64,000 nucleotides of DNA from a virus, in IMG/VR virus record IMGVR_UViG_3300028840_004626, positions 1 through 64,000 of that record; one strand, given 5' to 3'. A program made the position numbers and the translations under genes. Under the pieces are notes generated by a model. It saw only the letters and a list, made by a program, of their open reading frames with translations. It was not told the origin of the DNA and did no database searches. Within the stretch, counting starts at the first letter, position 1. Every line of letters starts with the position of its first letter. Below, in pieces: positions 1 to 8,308 of the stretch.

Positions 1-285
1 TCTCTTCAGGATACTCCTGGGTCTATGAATCCAATCTCAGCATACGTTCTCGCTGCCCAGAGCGTCCTCCAGCTGCTTAAAATGGGTGAGGTGGTGCTCG
101 TACACTGTCAAGCTGGAATAAGCCGTTCTACGGCCATCTGCTGCCTCGTACTGGCTATCCTGCATGGACGTACTCTTCAAGAGGCTTTCAACCATATTTC
201 TTCCATTCGGCCGGGTGTTTATATCATGACACACCATTTACCCCTACTCAGACCATCACTTGACCTTCTTAGGGAACTGTTCTAA
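1..285 (+). CDS. Dual-specificity / tyrosine protein phosphatase (5'-truncated by window edge)
   Basis: Catalytic VHCQAGISRS (HCx5R) motif, followed by a typical DSP C-terminus (AFNHISSIRP); frame is open from base 1 (SLQDTPGS..., likely the general-acid Asp loop). Confidence 0.85.
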   Translation, partial: SLQDTPGSMNPISAYVLAAQSVLQLLKMGEVVLVHCQAGISRSTAICCLVLAILHGRTLQEAFNHISSIRPGVYIMTHHLPLLRPSLDLLRELF

Positions 286-328
286 CACCGTTCTAACTCT
301 TTCTCTTTATTTATGAAAAAAAATTCAC

Positions 329-358
329 TTGACAAACCCCCGAACTGCTTGGTATATA
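329..358 (+). promoter_or_regulatory. Putative sigma70-type promoter
   Basis: Perfect TTGACA at 329-334, A-tract upstream, TG-G-TATATA at 350-358 (18-bp spacer), within an AT-rich intergenic region upstream of the accessory block. Confidence 0.55.
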
Positions 359-491
359 TATATTAGTTGGTTTATATAACTGCTTCTATATATACCTGGT
401 ATGTATATATTAAAGATATCTAGATAGTATTACTCCTTTTTACTTTTATTTACCCAAGATACCCACTAGACTAAAAAATGGAGATAAATTA

Positions 492-1577
492 ATGGCAAAT
501 AATGATACTGAAGAGCTTCTTTCTCGCCTCGAACCTCGATCCGCCAAACCCTTATCCGGACCAGAAGAGACCATGGAGGCTATTCGAGCTAATTCTTCTC
601 TTCAAAGGGAGTTCGAGTCAATTTCTAGCCAACAATCTACTCCATCCTCTTCAAGCGCCGCAGATTTAGATATGCGAGATGTGCGCACACTTGATTTTTT
701 TTTCTTAAGGAATTCAGAGATAGACCGAGGTCACGTAGAGAGAAGCCTGGGTGATATCTTTTGTATAGATGGAGAATGGCACAGAAGATTTCCTTCTTCA
801 GGAGAATTAGAAGAACAGACAATAGAACCCTGGAATTCTGTACAGTTCTGGGGATTAGTCAGATGTCTAGACCAAGCACTCATTAATCTTCGTCGACCCA
901 TAGAGCCAATTACCCGATACACATCTATTTCTATGCAGGAACTCCAATGGCTCCTAGAGGACTACACTCGAGAAAGAGAACAGCGACAACAACCCCAAAG
1001 AGATCCAACGACGAATACAGATCACGAAATTACAGATCGTGGAATGCGGCAGACCGTACAGATTTTACAGAACAGGGTGCACAGGCTCGAGAATAGGTCA
1101 GAGTGGAGCCAACCAGAGATGATATATCCCGCGCACCACGCCTGCCCGGATTCATACCCAGAAGGGACAAGATTTGCCACAATTCTGCGTATACCGAATG
1201 AATTTTTTAACAGAATCAACCGGCCCGAGTTATTTCCGCGACATTTAGCAATGGGGTGGTTATACAATAGGAATCTAGGAATGGTTCGTGGCAATTCAAA
1301 AGAGTATTATTTAGATCAGATGGAATATCCACACATCAATGTTGCAGACCAAGAAGAATTTGACAGAGATTGCAAATTGATCAGAATAAAGGCAGATAGA
1401 TGGTGGAGTGGATTGCATGCACGCGCCGAAGGTGCGACATTTGTGTATCAGAATATGTTTGATTATTTAGATTTCGAAATGGCCGCGAATATGTATCCGG
1501 CCTACGAAGCAGATATGAGAAGAAGGGAGAATGAAAGAGAACGAGAGAGAGAACAAGGCCAAGAGGAGAGCAAGTAA
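492..1577 (+). CDS. Hypothetical protein (361 aa)
   Basis: Long ORF with GGAG RBS; overlaps next gene by TAATG; no recognisable motif. Confidence 0.75.
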   Translation: MANNDTEELLSRLEPRSAKPLSGPEETMEAIRANSSLQREFESISSQQSTPSSSSAADLDMRDVRTLDFFFLRNSEIDRGHVERSLGDIFCIDGEWHRRFPSSGELEEQTIEPWNSVQFWGLVRCLDQALINLRRPIEPITRYTSISMQELQWLLEDYTREREQRQQPQRDPTTNTDHEITDRGMRQTVQILQNRVHRLENRSEWSQPEMIYPAHHACPDSYPEGTRFATILRIPNEFFNRINRPELFPRHLAMGWLYNRNLGMVRGNSKEYYLDQMEYPHINVADQEEFDRDCKLIRIKADRWWSGLHARAEGATFVYQNMFDYLDFEMAANMYPAYEADMRRRENEREREREQGQEESK

Positions 1578-1972
1578 TGGATCCACACGAGAAGGAAGCA
1601 AAAAGTAAAATCGCGGAAATTAAGGCGCGAGAAGAACAAGAAAAACGAGGATGGGGAAGAATTTATAGAATAAGTCCACAGATTTGGGCACAGTACAGGA
1701 AGAATATCGAGTACGTAGGTACGCGAGGAAATAATCTCGACCTGTTGGCGCACAAGATTGTAGTGACGCACGGGGCTAAGCCCTACATTATCCCACCCTC
1801 TCATCACTTTAGCTGTTATATTATCCAGGTTAATGCACCGTGTATCTATGTCCTCGCCAAATTTCCAGGAGAATGGGAAGGGTTTGAGCCGATTCCGTCA
1901 GATACGGGTGATGTAGAATTGATAGATCTCCTACCGATGAGCGAGATTAGGCCAGAGTTATACAATGAGTAA
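1577..1972 (+). CDS. Hypothetical protein (131 aa)
   Basis: Translationally coupled (TAATG) with GAGGAG RBS. Confidence 0.7.
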   Translation: MDPHEKEAKSKIAEIKAREEQEKRGWGRIYRISPQIWAQYRKNIEYVGTRGNNLDLLAHKIVVTHGAKPYIIPPSHHFSCYIIQVNAPCIYVLAKFPGEWEGFEPIPSDTGDVELIDLLPMSEIRPELYNE

Positions 1973-2255
1973 AAAAGAGAGATCGAAGCCCAATGAGCCC
2001 GTAGATTATGTTTTAGATGGCCTATGGGACTTGATCACGCGAATTAATACACACGACAAGAAACACCTCGGCAATAATATGCTAGAGAAGTATGATTACT
2101 TTGCCCGACATGGCAAACAGGGTCGAAATTGTACATATGGCCTGAAGGCCAAACAGATGTTTATGATTTACGATTGGCCCGATGTAAAAAAGCAATTGAA
2201 GAAGATTGTCGAATATATTAGGACAATCCCCGGAAGTGAGAATTTCGCCAAGTAG
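1965..2255 (+). CDS. Hypothetical protein (96 aa)
   Basis: Overlapping operon-style arrangement. Confidence 0.65.
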   Translation: MSKKERSKPNEPVDYVLDGLWDLITRINTHDKKHLGNNMLEKYDYFARHGKQGRNCTYGLKAKQMFMIYDWPDVKKQLKKIVEYIRTIPGSENFAK

Positions 2256-2259
2256 TGAA

Positions 2260-2442
2260 GTGTCACAAGCAATCGAAGATGCACTAGTAGCTCTAAGACA
2301 GGTAATGGAAGAAAATGAGAAGAGCAGGTATAGCCAGATATTCTACGAGCACGAACAGCGCAGACTGGCTGCCATCAGACAGGTTGGCGAGCAGTGTATC
2401 TTTTTGTTCGCATATCAAGGAGTTATAGATGTTGGCGTATGA
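2260..2442 (+). CDS. Small protein with shared C-terminal tag (cassette member A); start uncertain (2206/2236/2260)
   Basis: Ends in YEHEQRRLAAIRQVGEQCIFLF, which aligns without gaps to the three downstream ORFs. Confidence 0.65.
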   Translation: MSQAIEDALVALRQVMEENEKSRYSQIFYEHEQRRLAAIRQVGEQCIFLFAYQGVIDVGV

Positions 2443-2872
2443 TGTGTCAGAACCAAGGACGAACCAACCAGAGGAAGAGGGTTGGGAACGGGGGTATGGG
2501 TTCGAGTATAGGCTGACGTATCCGGTTCAGCCAGCAGCGGGGAGCTATACGATTACCTACTCGAATGGGACGAGAGAATATACACAAGAAGAATGGGCAG
2601 AAATGTCTAGACAAAGACAGCCGGAACAGATTTACTATCTCTACCCACATCCCACAGATGGATATATCCGAGATGAGCACACTGGGCTTAATATGGTTGG
2701 TGATCAGTGGACAGAAGAACAACTCACCGAGATGGATCAGAGGTTCATAGAGAGATATGGGAGGAGTAATCCACATTTACATTTTCCAACCTATATCGAA
2801 GTACAGAGAGAGATGAATAAGAAAATGAAAAAGGGTAGACAGCTTGTCTTTGCCTTTATAAGAGAACTATAG
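2429..2872 (+). CDS. Small protein with shared C-terminal tag (cassette member B)
   Basis: AGGAG RBS; C-terminal YIEVQREMNKKMKKGRQLVFAF. Confidence 0.75.
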   Translation: MLAYDVSEPRTNQPEEEGWERGYGFEYRLTYPVQPAAGSYTITYSNGTREYTQEEWAEMSRQRQPEQIYYLYPHPTDGYIRDEHTGLNMVGDQWTEEQLTEMDQRFIERYGRSNPHLHFPTYIEVQREMNKKMKKGRQLVFAFIREL

Positions 2873-2879
2873 GAGATTT

Positions 2880-3236
2880 ATGCCATTAGAGCCAGCCTAC
2901 AGAGATAACTATTTAGTGGTAGGTAGTGGATACATTCAGTCAGAGGTTCCGACGCTAGAGAGTATTGGCGAGCGTGATTTCATACTGGAGACTGTTGTCT
3001 CATCTGGTGTCATCTATTACGATGATATGAATGATTGGCTAAATCCGAATTTCCGAACGGTTAGCAGCGCTGAGATTTGGATACCAGCACACGGAGATAT
3101 TGTACACGGTAGTGGAACGTTCTATGGCGTGAATAGAAGGAAAGAGCCTAGCTATCTAGAATTACAGAGAAAGATGAATAAAAAGACTAGAAAAGGGAGG
3201 CAGCTAAGGTTATATTTGGGGGAAGAGAGTGCCTAA
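2880..3236 (+). CDS. Small protein with shared C-terminal tag (cassette member C)
   Basis: AGGAG RBS; C-terminal YLELQRKMNKKTRKGRQLRLYL. Confidence 0.75.
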   Translation: MPLEPAYRDNYLVVGSGYIQSEVPTLESIGERDFILETVVSSGVIYYDDMNDWLNPNFRTVSSAEIWIPAHGDIVHGSGTFYGVNRRKEPSYLELQRKMNKKTRKGRQLRLYLGEESA

Positions 3237-3693
3237 TTACGAAGATACTCCACAACCTCAGCGACCCTGTGTGTTGCTCCGTAATGAAACTGGTGGACTA
3301 GAACGATTTTTCGCAGATGACGATGGGGTTATTCGTGTGCCTCCTGGCAACTGGGAGACAATGCAGGCAGAATATAGTATTCCAGAGGATGTTCGAGTGA
3401 TTTCGGGTAGCGGCATCAACGAAACAGTCATACAGGACTATAGAGAGGAAGTAGAGCTCGAAGAGGCGATCCGGGATGCATTCAATAGGATCGTTCAGGC
3501 ACCAGCGCGTCCGAATACACTATTTCTGCATCCAAGCGTAGCAAGAGAGTTGAATTTATTGAGTGATGAGCGGAGAGCATTGAAGTATGCAAGAAAACAG
3601 CGTAAGATAGGAAAGAGAATGGAAGTGGGAAAGCAGATCCCGTTTTTATTTATTACCCGACCCCAAAGTGCACGGGAGTTGGCGATCACTTAA
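3229..3693 (+). CDS. Small protein with capsid-like peptide and shared C-terminal tag (cassette member D)
   Basis: IRDAFNRIVQAPARPNTLFLHP matches the MCP segment; C-terminal YARKQRKIGKRMEVGKQIPFLF. Confidence 0.75.
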   Translation: MPNYEDTPQPQRPCVLLRNETGGLERFFADDDGVIRVPPGNWETMQAEYSIPEDVRVISGSGINETVIQDYREEVELEEAIRDAFNRIVQAPARPNTLFLHPSVARELNLLSDERRALKYARKQRKIGKRMEVGKQIPFLFITRPQSARELAIT

Positions 3694-3705
3694 GTGGGGA
3701 AGTAC

Positions 3706-4569
3706 ATGTCTGAAGAAAACACTACTGATAAATTAATGAAGCTCAACGGAAGCATAATTAAGTCTGATGGAAGCCACGTAAAGTCTGATTTTTTCAAGTT
3801 TCTTGAGATCAATCTAGATGATTACTCAGATATTGAGTACACCCCAGAAGAGGCCCAGAAGATTCGCTCTCATATGTCTCATCTCTCAACGGGGGCTACA
3901 GCCGTATTGCCCCTCAAGTGTGCGGGGCCTGTTCGCTGCCCATTTGCTGCAAGGTGTCCATTCGTAAAGATAGATAAAGAAAGAAAGAAAAAAGACCCTA
4001 ATGCGAAACAGATGACCCCGGTGACCAAGGATTGCTTAGTGGAGATTAATCTGTTGAACGAGTGGACTAGATTGTATGTAATGGAGTTTGATGTCCCCGA
4101 GAAGAGCTTTTTAGAGCTAATGATGTGTAGAGAGCTGGCAGAGATCGAAGTGATGCTTTGGCGGCTCAACAACAATTTGTCCAAAGAAGGAAATGCAAAT
4201 CTGGTAGACAATGTGGTGATGGGCGTAGATAAAGAGGGCAACCCATTGATGCGCCTAGAGAAGAGCGCTTTCCTAGCAGCAAAAGAGCAACTGACCAATA
4301 GGAAGTCAAAAATCATAAAGGCGATGGTTGGAGATCGACAGGAGAAGTACAAGAAGGAAGCAGCATTGAAGATCAGGGAAGAGAAAGATCCGAGTGTATC
4401 TTCTGCTAAGTTGCGCGGCGAAATCAATCGTCTGCTGAAACAGGCGGAAAGCAAGGTGTTGGCGCTGAAGGAGAGCGAAGGGGATGTCATCGATATCACG
4501 ATGGATCAAATGGACAAGGAGAAGACCGTAACGCCAGAGTCGATAATTGACGAAGTGTCTGAGGAGTAG
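3706..4569 (+). CDS. Cys-cluster protein, putative terminase small subunit
   Basis: CAGPVRCPFAARCP...CLVE Zn-type cluster followed by a helix-hairpin-helix oligomerisation-like region; first gene of the packaging/structural block, upstream of TerL. TerS role is inferred from position and architecture. Confidence 0.5.
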   Translation: MSEENTTDKLMKLNGSIIKSDGSHVKSDFFKFLEINLDDYSDIEYTPEEAQKIRSHMSHLSTGATAVLPLKCAGPVRCPFAARCPFVKIDKERKKKDPNAKQMTPVTKDCLVEINLLNEWTRLYVMEFDVPEKSFLELMMCRELAEIEVMLWRLNNNLSKEGNANLVDNVVMGVDKEGNPLMRLEKSAFLAAKEQLTNRKSKIIKAMVGDRQEKYKKEAALKIREEKDPSVSSAKLRGEINRLLKQAESKVLALKESEGDVIDITMDQMDKEKTVTPESIIDEVSEE

Positions 4570-4577
4570 TGAGTTAG

Positions 4578-7500
4578 TTGCCAATTCGGGATTTCCTGAA
4601 TCTTTCTCAAATCCGACAAGCGACAAGCCCTGACGAATTGCTGAAACGTTTGCAGCTTGGGGCTCAGGCACTTTCTGTACAATTTAGCGAAGAATTCGAG
4701 CCGGAATGGCGCGAACGTGCTGGCAAGTGGGGTATTAGCTACAATCCTAATACTCGAGTACTTAGCGCACCAACCTGGGCCATCCGGTCTAATTTCGAAA
4801 GCCCAGAGGCCATAAAAGAATTATGGGGAGGGCAGAGGCCTGGCGCCGACCGGATTACTCGCTTAGCGCGCGCAGTACAAGCACACGAATTAGCTGAAGC
4901 TTTTTATCTAGAACAATACGGCGCTACTCATCCTCGATTTAGCTCGCATGTGGCGCGTGATGTTATTCGAGCTGAAATAGGCGTAGCCGCGCAGATGGGT
5001 AAGCAAACCCTGTTCGATATGTTGAAATTCAGACAGGTTGAGCTGGATTATATGCAGCAGTCAGGAAGATTCAATCCATCGTTTAGCCCGCCGCGATTTA
5101 CAACATACAAGACAGACATGTTAAGGATCATGCAGGATGTTAGAAATTGGGCAGGAAAGCAATCTGGAACCACGTTTTCTCAACAGCAATTAGCCGAGCT
5201 AAACAAAAATATCATTAGCAATTTTTCTGATTTGCCTATTCACAGATATTACACATCGATGAGCAAAAGACGTATTGGTAAAATCGGGCTGGGAATGGCA
5301 GCAATAGCCGCTGGCTACTATTCTCTTTTTTCTGGATCGGACGATCAATCCAATGTTGTTCAGGGTATGCAGGAGGGCGGCTTTGCATCCCAACTCCGCA
5401 AGCTTGAAACAGACTTTGGTAGCGGATATCAGGGACAAGAGGGCCCATCGTCTTCAACAGCCACCAATATGGCTTTTGGTGCAGTGTTGGGTGGAGCGGC
5501 AGGATTTGGAATGTCTCGTATGCAGGCTCAGGCCATTATCGAAGAAGACCTGAGTGCATATCCTAGATTGCAGGAATTAAGAAAGATGGGCGCCCGTGGG
5601 GGGTTCGCTCTATATGCGCCCGAGTTTACGGAAATTCAGCAAATTCGTAAGCGTATGCCATGGTGGTCTAGGCTCGATCCACAAATGTACAATCCTATTG
5701 AGGCAATGAAGATCCTAAAGACGCCCGAAGAGTTGTTGAGATTTAAGGGTGTTGCCTATCTACATGAACCCCCGAATTTTTCAGAAGAGATTTGGAAACA
5801 GGCGCTTCGATCTAAAAACATCCTGGGTATGTTTGAACCCGAAGTGGGCACAAACAAGTTAGCAACCTATGAGTGGCTGTCTGAACGCCTGGGTGGAGAC
5901 CAGCTCGCATCTCGAATTCATCCACATACGGTTGGATTTGATCGCTTACCTATTGTGCCATCGGCTCATAGGTCTACCCTATTGGCGGAAATTAAAAAAC
6001 TCAATCAGGAATGGCCCCTCATCATAAAACATGCCGAGGGATCTTTACAGAAAGATGTTTATCTAAATGTGGCAAATATTCCCGATGAGGCTCTCGATGA
6101 CATGCTGAAAAACCCCAAAGACTGGGTTGCACAAGCTAAGCTAGATCTTGCGGATGAATTTCGTGTTGTGACAGTAGGGGACAAGCCGGTTTTCACAGTA
6201 CATCGCTGGGGAACCGAAAGAATGAAGCCTTTTACGGAATTTGCCAAGAAGATTCCTGGCCTAGGTCGAGTTCTGGAAGCCAATCGTTTTCCAGAGAACC
6301 TTTTCGGCGTTAGAGACGAAGAACTACGTGGTCGTCTTGAAACTTTCGCAAGCAAGGTATCGAAGCAGCTACCATATGAGGTTGGCGCATTTGACATTGG
6401 ACTTACTACCGAGGGGCAGTTAAAAGTCATTGAGGCCCAGAGATACTTTGGAACAATTAGAAATCCACTAGTTATTGAGCGCATGACCCAGACTCTTACC
6501 GGAGGCCCTTCGTTTTATGGTCGATTAGCTCGGGGTATGGGTGCTGTAGGTGCAGGCATTCTCGTTGGGGCCGGGATGGCAGCACTATTGAGTAGTGATA
6601 CGAATACTGCTGAAATTACCTCAGATCCAAAATTTATTCTGGCCGAAAATAAGAATTTCGATGGGTTTTGGGAAGATGGTATTGCGGCGCAACTTCGCAA
6701 GGCAAATACCCCCTTTGGTTCTGGCGTTAATCAATTTAAAGTATTGCGCGGATTAGTGCGTGGAGCACTGCAGCAATCCAAGGGCGCTGGGCAGAAAATT
6801 AGACAAAAGATTATAGAGAGAGTTGTCACACCCTTTAAAGAAGGTATGCGCGAGAGCATGGGGGCCCCCGCAACTTTTGAAGAAGCGCTACGTCGCGGCA
6901 AGCAAGTGTCTGTTCTTGGCGAAGGTCTGTATGCGGAATCATCTCTTATGAGAACGGTGTTCCAAGGTCAAGAATATCAGTATGTTCGTAAAAGATTGTT
7001 GCCAGATGCTCGTAAACGAGTCGAGGAAATGATTCGTAATCCTAGGGGACGCTATGAGCCCGGGGCCACAGATCTGATGGGTCGTGCAGAGGTTCCGCTT
7101 GAAACATGGCGCAGGTATCTGCGGGGACTGAACCTGGAGACCGAGGCCAATGTAATGCGGCGCATTGAGGACCTCAATATCGCCCCTAAAGTCTATGCCT
7201 CGTCTCGTCGCGAAATATTTATGGAATATATTCCTCATAAAACCCTTGGTAAGGCGATTATGGATGGTGATGACGTTACCCAGGGAATTATGCAGATTCG
7301 CAAGGCTATGGGGCGTCTATCAGAAGAACATAAAATTTGGAACCTAGACCCAACAGAATTTAACATCATGTTTGACCCCAAAAATAAAAAAGCCTTCTGG
7401 TTGGATTGGGGTTTGGCTGAAAGATATGCAAGATATGGGTTTAAGGCACCTCAGGCAACTACGCGGATGCATCAGGTATTTGGCACGTATCTTAAAAGAG

Positions 7501-7859
7501 CTAGAGGGCGCGTTGTATCTAAATCGGCTGCCACAGTTGTTCCTTCTGGCGGGGCTACTGTGGGAGCTGTTCCGGCTGCCCGTACTCAAGCTACAGTTGA
7601 CCTGATGGGGCCAACACAACGTCTTGAGGGGGCAACTGTGCGCGCCATGCCAGTGGGCGAAAACACGGCAGCGCGAGAAGCAGCCGCATTAGCTAAAACT
7701 GTACGTCGCGCAGAAGCATTTCGTGGACACCAGGCAGCTCTATGGGATGCGGCACATAATGGCGGGCAAAAACATACTACTTCGTATGCCAGAAGATTGG
7801 CGCAAGCCCGCGATCCTTTAGGACAAATGCATGATCCGCTTGGGGTAACCAAGAGATAA
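4578..7859 (+). CDS. Polyvalent multi-enzyme protein: HExxE domain + RimK-like ATP-grasp + RIO/Bud32-like protein kinase, separated by repeated linkers
   Basis: HELAE..SSH..E; ATP-grasp motifs NKLATY, PLIIKHAEGS, WVAQ, EFRV, FDI, KVIEAQ; kinase motifs LGEGLYA, VRK, E(alphaC), APKVY, FMEYI, NLDPTEFNI, LDWGLA; two QLRKxxTxFGSG linkers. Confidence 0.8.
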   Translation: MPIRDFLNLSQIRQATSPDELLKRLQLGAQALSVQFSEEFEPEWRERAGKWGISYNPNTRVLSAPTWAIRSNFESPEAIKELWGGQRPGADRITRLARAVQAHELAEAFYLEQYGATHPRFSSHVARDVIRAEIGVAAQMGKQTLFDMLKFRQVELDYMQQSGRFNPSFSPPRFTTYKTDMLRIMQDVRNWAGKQSGTTFSQQQLAELNKNIISNFSDLPIHRYYTSMSKRRIGKIGLGMAAIAAGYYSLFSGSDDQSNVVQGMQEGGFASQLRKLETDFGSGYQGQEGPSSSTATNMAFGAVLGGAAGFGMSRMQAQAIIEEDLSAYPRLQELRKMGARGGFALYAPEFTEIQQIRKRMPWWSRLDPQMYNPIEAMKILKTPEELLRFKGVAYLHEPPNFSEEIWKQALRSKNILGMFEPEVGTNKLATYEWLSERLGGDQLASRIHPHTVGFDRLPIVPSAHRSTLLAEIKKLNQEWPLIIKHAEGSLQKDVYLNVANIPDEALDDMLKNPKDWVAQAKLDLADEFRVVTVGDKPVFTVHRWGTERMKPFTEFAKKIPGLGRVLEANRFPENLFGVRDEELRGRLETFASKVSKQLPYEVGAFDIGLTTEGQLKVIEAQRYFGTIRNPLVIERMTQTLTGGPSFYGRLARGMGAVGAGILVGAGMAALLSSDTNTAEITSDPKFILAENKNFDGFWEDGIAAQLRKANTPFGSGVNQFKVLRGLVRGALQQSKGAGQKIRQKIIERVVTPFKEGMRESMGAPATFEEALRRGKQVSVLGEGLYAESSLMRTVFQGQEYQYVRKRLLPDARKRVEEMIRNPRGRYEPGATDLMGRAEVPLETWRRYLRGLNLETEANVMRRIEDLNIAPKVYASSRREIFMEYIPHKTLGKAIMDGDDVTQGIMQIRKAMGRLSEEHKIWNLDPTEFNIMFDPKNKKAFWLDWGLAERYARYGFKAPQATTRMHQVFGTYLKRARGRVVSKSAATVVPSGGATVGAVPAARTQATVDLMGPTQRLEGATVRAMPVGENTAAREAAALAKTVRRAEAFRGHQAALWDAAHNGGQKHTTSYARRLAQARDPLGQMHDPLGVTKR

Positions 7860-7884
7860 TGCGACTAGATTTCACACTTTAATA

Positions 7885-7893
7885 TGTTAGTAT
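7885..7893 (+). promoter_or_regulatory. Putative extended -10 promoter (TGtTAGTAT)
   Basis: TGn-TAnnnT in the intergenic gap just upstream of the AGGAGG RBS; same motif recurs at four other intergenic sites. Confidence 0.45.
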
Positions 7894-7915
7894 ATGTGAT
7901 TAGGAGGAGTATACT

Positions 7916-8308
7916 TTGGTTGGATGGGCTTTAAAGCGCGCTTTTGGATTAGGCCTGAGTGCCGCTAAGGTTGGCGGTGAGGTTGCGTGGCAGGGTGGCA
8001 AAGCGGGAGTAAAAGCAGCCCCTTATGCTATCCGTGCTGGAATATGGAATGTGGGTCAGTATGCTTCTTTTGCGCTTAAGCATCCAAGAGCTACCATGGG
8101 TATTGGGGCGGCTGGTCTTGGGGCTTACGCCCTGAGTGAAACAATGCCTCAAGATTCCGAGTGGACTGGAGAACAACGCATGGCAGCCGCAGTGGGTCTT
8201 GGCACTCCTTCTACTGGATTTCCTGTAGGACAGGGTGCTACACGGGAAGCTTTTCAGCAAAGTACAGAGGGGTTGGTTTTAGCGCTACACAGAGGGAGAC
8301 GTAGCTAA
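7916..8308 (+). CDS. Gly/Ala-rich membrane-type protein, putative internal virion/ejection protein
   Basis: AGGAGG RBS with TTG start; hydrophobic GxxxG helix MGIGAAGLGAYAL. Confidence 0.65.
   Translation: MVGWALKRAFGLGLSAAKVGGEVAWQGGKAGVKAAPYAIRAGIWNVGQYASFALKHPRATMGIGAAGLGAYALSETMPQDSEWTGEQRMAAAVGLGTPSTGFPVGQGATREAFQQSTEGLVLALHRGRRS

Noticed and set aside
2140-2175. KQMFMIY in ORF 1965..2255 as a fifth copy of the shared tag
   Set aside because: Lacks the Y-x3-QR and G-x-Q spacing and is not C-terminal
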